Of a DNA stretch of 27,396 nt, positions 1-6,305 are shown in pieces; the first letter of the stretch is position 1, and every line of letters starts with the position of its first letter. Origin of the DNA: Rheinheimera soli (lineage in GTDB: Bacteria; Pseudomonadota; Gammaproteobacteria; Enterobacterales; Alteromonadaceae). The stretch lies in contig NZ_JAJOYU010000043.1 in assembly GCF_021290985.1 (NCBI RefSeq), positions 1 through 27,396 of the forward strand. Direction: 5' to 3'. A program made the translations under genes and the position numbers. The notes under the pieces are model-generated. The model was not told where the DNA came from. It worked only from the letters and a program-made list of their open reading frames with translations, and ran no database searches.

Positions 1-272
1 ATTGGACTCAGGTTCGCCCGGAGATACTGAGTAAAGAGTTCGCTGCGGTGCGTGACCTGGTACCGGAGATCGCGAAGTTAAAACCTGAGCAGCGCCCGAC
101 TTTCCACGAAATACGGGCTCTTGGTGGACACCTATATCTTCAAGCAGGCTTTACTGCAGATTACGTGCAGACACTGATGGCCCATAGCACAGCTAAGATG
201 ACAGCTCATTACACAGAAAGGCATGAGCTGAGATGGACAGCGTGTGATGGAACTATCTCATTTAGACTTTAA
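1..272 (+). CDS. int: Tyrosine recombinase / phage integrase, C-terminal part (5' end lies outside the window)
   Basis: The frame is open to the window edge (WTQVRPEILSKEFAAVRDLVPE...). The translation ...RPTFHEIRALGGHLY...TLMAHSTAKMTAHYTERH matches the C-terminal catalytic region of lambda-Int-type integrases (H-x-x-R, second His, Tyr nucleophile). Stop TAA at 270..272. Confidence 0.85.
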   Translation, partial: WTQVRPEILSKEFAAVRDLVPEIAKLKPEQRPTFHEIRALGGHLYLQAGFTADYVQTLMAHSTAKMTAHYTERHELRWTACDGTISFRL

Positions 273-324
273 AAATCACTACTTAAACTAATTTTTGCAG
301 CAATCAATACAGTACTCAGTGGCC

Positions 325-2592
325 TCAATGTTTAATGATGTTTATAATAATTTCTATATCATCATCAAAAGCGAATGTTCCCCGAAGCATAGTCTTCAAT
401 TCGAACAATACAGACAATGCATCGTCAAGCTCAGTCGTGTCACCAGAAAATTCATAATCCTCTTCCATCATTTGAAGATATGAACCACCAGGACACATCA
501 TACTCTCATAATGAAGTGCATGCTCAACCAAGCGAGAATAGAAATCAATTAAATAGCTAACGATACCAACCCCATGAAGATCTATAGCCTTTTTTATATC
601 TTTTCTATAATCTCTAAAAAGTACCGACTTACTGTCATGTATCACATAATCATTAAACAGCAGCCCTACATAGTTATATATACTTAACGAAGAGTAATCC
701 CTATCGTAGAACCCTTCGGGATGGTCCTGAAAATCATACCCAATGGAAAGGTCTATTTTGCTACAGCTGTAACCGATAATATACTGAGTCTTTGAATAAT
801 CTACTTGAATGCCGGGTTGCTCATTGCATACATTAGCAACAAACTCCAAAATAGACTCTGCGCTTTCTGGATCGATTGCCATTTTGTCTATACCATTTAA
901 AGCCAAGTCCAACAGCAAGCCTACAACGTGACTATTAGCTAATTTACAATTATCAATATAGGACATTATCGCTTCAATCATATGAATCTGGAGCCCAAAA
1001 TCCAAATTAAAAATCAAAGATGCTGGCACGTTATGAAAGCATAGATATTTAAACATGCACGTAGTGCTAATATCAAATGATGGAATAGATGCAATTTTAT
1101 TTATAACTTCCTCAGAGTCACCTAACTTGGAAAAATGTTCAATCAGCAAAATATCTCTATACGTCTCATCATAGAACTCGACAAAGCCATCAATCACCTC
1201 TAAGACGCCATGATTTTTATAAGCATCTGGCACAAATGTAAATCGACTTAGCCCAAAAATTTCGGCAAATGATTCTAAGGTAACTTTTGAAGGACCGTAT
1301 GCCATCACTTTAGCGAGATTAAGCAAAGCGGCCTTTGAATCAATCTCTTGACTAGTAGAAATGCAACTACATTTTTCATTCAACATGCGAACTAAAATCT
1401 GATATTCATTGTCAAGCTGCTTAAGTTCATAACCAGAGTTGATTAACTGGTAAAACTTCCCGACTGCATTTATAGAAGTTAATAACTGCGATGGTTCAAC
1501 CGTAGTATTGTATACCGATTTGTAATGCTGGATAACGGCACTATATGATGCCGCATCTAGTTGTGGAACTTTAATCTCCCTAAATACATTCTTAGAGTTA
1601 TTTTTGAACATCCCTATAGAATTATTTTCACCATCTGATTTTATGGTGTTAGTAAATGAGTCACTGCAACTAATTATAAACCTTACACCTGCGAGAGAAA
1701 TCATCTCTATATCTGTGATTATAGAATGCCTCTCATGAATATTAACTTCATTTAATCCATCAACAAACATTGTAATATTTCCACTAGAAATAATGGCATT
1801 AGCTATTATTTCTGGTGTACTGCCCGGCGGATTCATGAAAAGTGTAATTTGACTTTTTAAATATTGAATAACACCGTTGACTATTGATCTTGCTCTAAAA
1901 AAAATAGCAATTTCACCGCGTTCAATAGCCAAGTCAAAAGCATTGCATAAGTAGTTGGTTTTTCCAGATTGCGGAGGGCCAGAGATTAGTAATACCTTAA
2001 TATCGGGTTCTGGATCTCCGACTATGGGTATATAAAGTTCTTTGCAATGTTTTTTTGATTCGTTTAACTCACCACTTAATCGATGAATTTCAATCATCGA
2101 CAATTTTTCGCAGATACTTCCAACAAAACTACCATCATTGCTGAGTAATTTTATAGCTTCTTCTTTCGCAATGCTAAATGCAGTATCTCTGTACTGAAAT
2201 TCACCATCTAGAGCCAAACGAATATCGATATTTTTTATTTCTTTTTTCGTAAGTGAGCAATATACATATGTATTTATCGAATTAGTTATGACTACAATCG
2301 GCGCCATGTTACCTTTTAGGATTCGAGCATAGCTAACAGACTGATCAATAGACTCGGTGGAAATTTTTACGCTTGGTTTCTTAATTTCAAAAAGAATTAA
2401 ATTTATGCCATTATTAGACTTTACCAACAAATCAAAACGGCCGGCCTTGTGGATAGCGAACTCACCATGCCCAATTTGATATTTCACACTTCGTTCAAGT
2501 AAAATGTTAACTGAACTAATACCCTGAACCCGCAACCATTCATAAACAAATTTTGTTCTAACTTCATCTTCCGTTGTTATTTCGCTGCCCAT
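325..2592 (-). CDS. P-loop STAND/NACHT-like NTPase with an N-terminal PD-(D/E)xK (HsdR-N/Mrr-like) nuclease domain; candidate antiphage Avs/bNACHT-type protein
   Basis: 755-aa ORF, AT-rich. The N-terminus reads ...GRFDLLV...INLILFEIKKP...APIVVITNS..., a D...E-x-K restriction-endonuclease-like pattern (D54, E69, K71). Walker A GPPQSGKT is at nt 1957..1980. The Walker B-like MFVDGLNE at nt 1747..1770 resembles the NACHT hhhhDGhDE motif. The C-terminal region of about 450 aa is unassigned. Confidence 0.65.
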   Translation of the reverse strand: MGSEITTEDEVRTKFVYEWLRVQGISSVNILLERSVKYQIGHGEFAIHKAGRFDLLVKSNNGINLILFEIKKPSVKISTESIDQSVSYARILKGNMAPIVVITNSINTYVYCSLTKKEIKNIDIRLALDGEFQYRDTAFSIAKEEAIKLLSNDGSFVGSICEKLSMIEIHRLSGELNESKKHCKELYIPIVGDPEPDIKVLLISGPPQSGKTNYLCNAFDLAIERGEIAIFFRARSIVNGVIQYLKSQITLFMNPPGSTPEIIANAIISSGNITMFVDGLNEVNIHERHSIITDIEMISLAGVRFIISCSDSFTNTIKSDGENNSIGMFKNNSKNVFREIKVPQLDAASYSAVIQHYKSVYNTTVEPSQLLTSINAVGKFYQLINSGYELKQLDNEYQILVRMLNEKCSCISTSQEIDSKAALLNLAKVMAYGPSKVTLESFAEIFGLSRFTFVPDAYKNHGVLEVIDGFVEFYDETYRDILLIEHFSKLGDSEEVINKIASIPSFDISTTCMFKYLCFHNVPASLIFNLDFGLQIHMIEAIMSYIDNCKLANSHVVGLLLDLALNGIDKMAIDPESAESILEFVANVCNEQPGIQVDYSKTQYIIGYSCSKIDLSIGYDFQDHPEGFYDRDYSSLSIYNYVGLLFNDYVIHDSKSVLFRDYRKDIKKAIDLHGVGIVSYLIDFYSRLVEHALHYESMMCPGGSYLQMMEEDYEFSGDTTELDDALSVLFELKTMLRGTFAFDDDIEIIINIIKH

Positions 2593-2686
2593 AACTAAAG
2601 AACCTTTAATTCATATAAATTCATACAATTTAGCGGCTAATTCATAACCAAAAACCGCCAGAAGGCAATCGGCGTGTTAATAGTTA

Positions 2687-3526
2687 TTACGCTTTACTCA
2701 GATAGTGCTCACGGTGATAGCGTATAAATTTTTGTCCGCTCTTGTGTTGAGCAACTGTTTTAAGTTTTCCAGGTAAACCAATCAAGCTCAGATCATCATT
2801 AATAGAAAAGACACCATTGTCGAACATCACATGATGGTTTGGACACAGGCTTAACAGGTTATCTTCAATATCAGGGCCGTTATGTGGTTCACCTAAAGGT
2901 TGTATATGTACTGCTTCCGAGTATAGACCTGCGGAAGTCTTAATAGCTAAGCCACAGACCTGGCACTGATAACCATGCCATGATTTGACATTGATAGCTC
3001 GCTGGTAATCTCTAACAATTTTGTTTACCGAAAATTGTTTTCTCTTAGGCGTTTCATGTTCTACCAGGCTCTCGTTGTACGAATTTCCTATGGCTACTAG
3101 TCTATAACGCCAGACATAAAAACATTATTTTCCTTTGTCACACCAATAATCATCGACAAAATATAGACCGCAATATTTATAGCCCTTGAGAGGACTTAGT
3201 TCATGCTTATGCTTGAAGCCCCTTGTCACTCTAACAGGAAGGCCATCAATTTTGCTTCGTGCCAGAGCAAGGTTAACGCCTATCAACTCTTGATTGGTTA
3301 CTTGTTTACCGTTTTGCTGACCAGCAGCGCCGGTGTATATGAGCTCGTGCCCGAAGTCTTCATCATCTTCACAGTCTCCAGCTAAAACTATTGAATCAGC
3401 ACCTTCATTTTGGGAACCACTGATACCTGCTAGTGTTGGAGGGTGCACACCTGCCTTTGCTAGTGCGTCTCTGTTTTCAAATACAGCACCAAGACTTACC
3501 CCAGGAATTTCACCAAATACTCGCAT
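2687..3526 (-). pseudogene. SRA(YDG)-HNH modification-dependent (type IV) restriction endonuclease interrupted by one in-frame TAA at 3125..3127
   Basis: A single reading frame of 840 nt reads ...GYKYCGLYFVDDYWCDKGK*CFYVWRYRLVAIGN...YQCQVCG...EAVHIQPLGEPHNGPDIEDNLLSLCPNHHVMFDNG...HYLSKA*. The HNH part has no ATG/GTG/TTG until 47 codons before its end, which is why it is missing from the ORF track. Confidence 0.75.
3125..3526 (-). CDS. SRA/YDG domain ORF (133 aa), the translatable N-terminal portion of the disrupted SRA-HNH gene
   Basis: MRVFGEIPGVSLGAVFENRDALAKAGVHPPTLAGISG...GADSIVLAGDCEDDEDFGHELIYTG...LPVRVTRG...GYKYCGLYFV follows the canonical SRA/YDG pattern. A good RBS (AAGGTGATAA) precedes the ATG at 3526. 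Confidence 0.8.
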   Translation of the reverse strand: MRVFGEIPGVSLGAVFENRDALAKAGVHPPTLAGISGSQNEGADSIVLAGDCEDDEDFGHELIYTGAAGQQNGKQVTNQELIGVNLALARSKIDGLPVRVTRGFKHKHELSPLKGYKYCGLYFVDDYWCDKGK

Positions 3527-3569
3527 TTATCACCTTATGCATAACATCCGCATTTACAACAGTTTTGAA

Positions 3570-3759
3570 TAGTAAGCGGCGCTCTACTTCTAATAAAATC
3601 CGTTATCTTCGTCAGCACTTCTGTCATCGGGCAGGTTTTAGAGAAGATTATGTTCAGACACTAAAGTACAACAGCACTGCGAACATGACCGTTCGTTCTA
3701 CTGCCTGGCATACACCGGAATGTAAAGCTGTTAGTAGCTGTTTCAGATTACAAAACTAA
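3570..3759 (+). pseudogene. Decayed 3' remnant of a second integrase gene, paralogous to the one at 1..272
   Basis: The translation ...STSNKIRYLRQHFCHRAGFREDYVQTLKYNSTANMTVRS...SCFRLQN* aligns collinearly with ...PTFHEIRALGGHLYLQAGFTADYVQTLMAHSTAKMTAHY...ISFRL*. The catalytic His, His and Tyr positions are lost. The nucleotide alignment is visible by eye, and the 5' part is replaced by the SRA gene. The left boundary is approximate. Confidence 0.6.
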
Positions 3760-4103
3760 TCAAATTGACGGTTTTGGTATGAGGCTATTTCAGGCACTTC
3801 AAGGAAAATCTTGCCATTTTCAACAGTAACAACAAAAGAATCATCCCAATCACTTTCTACATCCATGTCAGAACAACCGTTATAGACGTTGTAATCAAAA
3901 TTATAACTTACAGTAAACTGACCATCACCTTCGTCTTGTACATGCTCAATGTTTAAGTTGTAGCATTCAGCACGTGGAATAATGTCAGAAAAGTTCACCG
4001 TCAAGAGCGCTAGTATTCTTTCAGCATGCGTCGATAGGATACTCTGTATCAATAAACAGGAAACACCGCCATCTTCATCTACGGTTGATATAAACTCTGT
4101 CAT
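3756..4103 (-). CDS. Hypothetical small acidic protein (115 aa), last gene of the rexAB-like cassette
   Basis: The ORF has a good RBS (AAAGGGG 6 nt upstream of the ATG at 4103) and lies 53 nt downstream of the rexB-like gene on the same strand. It is rich in Asp/Glu. I recognise no family. Confidence 0.6.
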   Translation of the reverse strand: MTEFISTVDEDGGVSCLLIQSILSTHAERILALLTVNFSDIIPRAECYNLNIEHVQDEGDGQFTVSYNFDYNVYNGCSDMDVESDWDDSFVVTVENGKIFLEVPEIASYQNRQFD

Positions 4104-4156
4104 TAAATGCCCCTTTAATTTCCCTTAAGAATGCAATATTTATTAAATACTCTCAC

Positions 4157-4579
4157 CTATGGTTGGGTTGAGCTTTTGGTGCTTATGTTTACCAGTATTA
4201 TGGTCATAAATAAGACCTGAAACAGGTTGTTTACTGTTGATCCTACAGCTAACTTCATAAATACATCACCGAAGTTATCACTAAGCGTCAGCAACGCGCA
4301 GCCGAATGTGAAAAATAGAGAAATGATCGAAAAAAAATATATCCAGTAAAAAACTGAAAAGTATCCTTTTTGGTCATATCGTCTTATCAACGAGTTGCGT
4401 CTCAAGCCAATTAAAATAGTAATAACAGCCGCTAAAAAGCCAAGCATTGTGAAAGCAAATGTTGCCGTTATAACTGCGACATTTGCTTTTTGGACAAACA
4501 ACGATAAATGGAACCCATTAAAACAATGCTTAATTAGTAGGTACAGTAGGTATAAAATTGGTCCAGGCATCAATGTCAT
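4157..4579 (-). CDS. rexB: RexB-like four-helix inner-membrane protein
   Basis: Four hydrophobic segments. The protein is collinear, from memory, with lambda RexB: MTLMPGPILY.. versus ..RIMPGVYIV.., and FTMLGFLAAVITILIGLRRNSLIRRYDQKGY versus GTMIAILIAALTFLIGSRTRRLAKIREYGY. The start was chosen by that alignment (ATG at 4579, about 140 aa). The ORF track start at 4630 is a GTG, so the start is uncertain. Confidence 0.65.
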   Translation of the reverse strand: MTLMPGPILYLLYLLIKHCFNGFHLSLFVQKANVAVITATFAFTMLGFLAAVITILIGLRRNSLIRRYDQKGYFSVFYWIYFFSIISLFFTFGCALLTLSDNFGDVFMKLAVGSTVNNLFQVLFMTIILVNISTKSSTQP

Positions 4580-5507
4580 TAAAGACAGCGATAGCTTGAG
4601 AGTTACCGTTCTCGAATCCTTCATCTGCACAATACTCGTTAATTTTCACCGCTAATGCAGCATTATCACGAAATTTTTTCTCCATTGTTTCAGCTATTTT
4701 GTTTACCTTTTTCGCATCAACGGAGTCTGATAAACCACCACTACCGACTATGTATAAGTCAGTCAATAGACTAGCAGCCTCTTCTTGCTTCGCTCTGATT
4801 ATAAGCTTGTCCACGTTTTCTTCTGGTACTTTCGCAAGAAGGTTTTGAACGGCTGGTTTAATGTTCTTTCTCAACTTTGGTATCAAAGTTATTTGTATAC
4901 CGGATACATCGTCATAATCTGTTGAACTTCCAGATAACAGATTGAAAAGATCTTGAGTGAAGGAATTATCTCTGTCCAGTTCAATGTGTGTTTTTCCAAT
5001 AAAAGACATTTCCATAGCTTTCGTTCTAGTGGCAGAAACCAAAGCTGTCCTTGGAGTCAAAGCCCAATTTGACAGTCCTATATGAGTCAGCAAAGAACCA
5101 ATATAACTCCAAAGTACGTCTTGTCTAGGAGCCAGTAAGGTAGACCCTATACCTATACAGCTTTCTTTAACTATCACATAGGAAGCAAAGCTTAAATGCT
5201 CATTCTGAGCAAGGAGTGAGTGCACCTCACTAACCGTCAGATCATCGGTCTTAATTCGGCGAATTATCTCTTTACTTCGCGTGATTAAGAATAGAAAAAC
5301 ATCACCAACATGATGAATTAAATAGACATTCTCACCTTGATGGCTAAATTGATTTTTAAAGGATGGCGCGTTTACGGCACAATAGGCCTTCAGGAATGGT
5401 CTGATATCGTGCTTATAGCGGGTGTTATCGTTAGTGTTTTGCAAACAGTAATGAAAATAGCTGACTTTCAAGATAAACCTCCATTGTTTACCGATATTGA
5501 ATACCAT
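4530..5507 (-). CDS. rexA: RexA-like phage-exclusion protein
   Basis: 325 aa, with RBS AGGAAAAT before the ATG. Similarity to lambda RexA (from memory) is collinear: VFLFLITRSKEIIRRIK...HLSFASYVIVKESCIGIGSTLLAP versus TFLFTKTNDKSLVQKIN...SLGFPSFLFVEGDTIGFARTVFGP; MSFIGKTHIEL versus MHFIGRTTVKV; IQITLIPKLRKNIK versus LDIVIKPKFKRDIK; LIIRAKQEEA versus ISLRAKDEAG. Confidence 0.65.
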   Translation of the reverse strand: MVFNIGKQWRFILKVSYFHYCLQNTNDNTRYKHDIRPFLKAYCAVNAPSFKNQFSHQGENVYLIHHVGDVFLFLITRSKEIIRRIKTDDLTVSEVHSLLAQNEHLSFASYVIVKESCIGIGSTLLAPRQDVLWSYIGSLLTHIGLSNWALTPRTALVSATRTKAMEMSFIGKTHIELDRDNSFTQDLFNLLSGSSTDYDDVSGIQITLIPKLRKNIKPAVQNLLAKVPEENVDKLIIRAKQEEAASLLTDLYIVGSGGLSDSVDAKKVNKIAETMEKKFRDNAALAVKINEYCADEGFENGNSQAIAVFNDIDAWTNFIPTVPTN

Positions 5508-5560
5508 ATATTTTCCTGAGTTTACAATTCATTTTTCCAAAATTTTTCCAAACGAAAAAC

Positions 5561-5598
5561 ACAAACAAAAACAAAAACAGCACCCGTAAGGTGCTGTT
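5561..5598 (-). terminator. Rho-independent terminator immediately downstream of tRNA-Val
   Basis: Perfect 9-bp stem AACAGCACC / GGTGCTGTT (5576..5584 and 5590..5598) with a 5-nt loop. On the minus strand it is followed by TTTGTTTTTGTTTGT. A T-run also follows on the plus strand, so it may act in both directions. Confidence 0.7.
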
Positions 5599-5612
5599 TT
5601 TGTTTTAGAATT

Positions 5613-5689
5613 TGGTGCGTCCTAGTGGACTCGAACCACCGACCCCCACCATGTCAAGGTGGTGCTCTAACCAACTGAGCTAAGGACGC
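5613..5689 (-). tRNA. tRNA-Val (anticodon GAC), with encoded CCA
   Basis: The reverse complement reads GCGTCCTTAGCTCAGTTGGTTAGAGCACCACCTTGACATGGTGGGGGTCGGTGGTTCGAGTCCACTAGGACGCACCA. It folds as a cloverleaf with anticodon loop CTTGACA and is nearly identical to enterobacterial tRNA-Val(GAC) as I remember it. Confidence 0.95.
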
Positions 5690-5731
5690 ATTTTGATAGG
5701 TTGTTATCACTTTACTGCGACAACGGGCGCT

Positions 5732-5760
5732 ATGTTATGCAGCCGTTGCTTTGCTTGCAA
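5732..5760 (-). promoter_or_regulatory. Candidate sigma70 promoter for tRNA-Val
   Basis: On the minus strand: TTGCAA (5760..5755), a 17-nt spacer, then TAACAT (5737..5732), followed by a GC-rich discriminator (AGCGCCC) typical of stable-RNA promoters. The leader would be about 35 nt. Confidence 0.35.
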
Positions 5761-5900
5761 GTACTTTTTTTAAAAGCCAGCCTGTTTGCTGTTATTTTAA
5801 ACGCCTGAAGCAATGACTGGCTCAAAAGCCACGGAGTTGGTTCTTAGAATACTGATTTCAGTGATATATTCTGCGTCATTGTCCAAGTCGTGGAGCTGTT

Positions 5901-6305
5901 ATGTTTACCCCTGTCCATACCTTTGAATTTGCTGAACTGGCTAAACAAAAAATTGCCGAATTTAATGCTTTGCATTGGGATGCGACCAAAAGGCAACAGT
6001 TGGGCTTCAAGCTGGAAGATCATGAAGGTAACTTAATAGCCGCTTTAGCTGGCCGTACTTTTGGCAATTGGTTTTATCTGGAGTCTTTATGGTTGGACGA
6101 AAAAGTTCGGGGAAAAGGCGTAGGATCAAAGCTGTTGATTGAGGCTGAAACCCTCGCCAAAGCAAGGGGTTGCAGCTTTGTTATTCTCGACACTCTGGAT
6201 TTTCAGGCCAAAGCTTTTTACGAGCGACATGGCTATCAGCTGGAATGGACACAGCAGAACTACCCTTTCACCGGCTGTAAACACTTTATGACCAAAAGGC
6301 TTTAA
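5901..6305 (+). CDS. GNAT family N-acetyltransferase
   Basis: 134 aa with acetyl-CoA binding motif A VRGKGVGSKLL and the C-terminal ...AFYERHGY typical of GNAT proteins. A GGAG RBS is present. Confidence 0.85.
   Translation: MFTPVHTFEFAELAKQKIAEFNALHWDATKRQQLGFKLEDHEGNLIAALAGRTFGNWFYLESLWLDEKVRGKGVGSKLLIEAETLAKARGCSFVILDTLDFQAKAFYERHGYQLEWTQQNYPFTGCKHFMTKRL

Noticed and set aside
273-324. Search for att core repeats immediately after the integrase stop, and after the remnant stop at 3759, matching the tRNA-Val 3' region
   Set aside because: Only trivial A/T-rich similarities (for example AAACTAAT) were seen. The 52-nt gap after 272 and the overlapping stops at 3756..3759 leave little room. 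No copy of the tRNA 3' end was found by eye, so no att call is made.
295-483. 62-aa plus-strand ORF antisense to the 3' end of the STAND gene
   Set aside because: It is a shadow ORF in AT-rich DNA, fully contained within a much longer and better supported minus-strand gene.
3203-3759. Plus-strand ORFs 3203..3385, 3333..3572 and 3433..3759
   Set aside because: The first two are antisense shadows of the SRA ORF. Only the last 60 codons or so of the third resemble an integrase C-terminus, and the catalytic residues are lost, so it is called a pseudogene fragment rather than a CDS.
4395-5519. Plus-strand ORFs 4395..4655 and 5337..5519
   Set aside because: They are antisense to the RexB-like and RexA-like genes, with no RBS or recognisable motifs.
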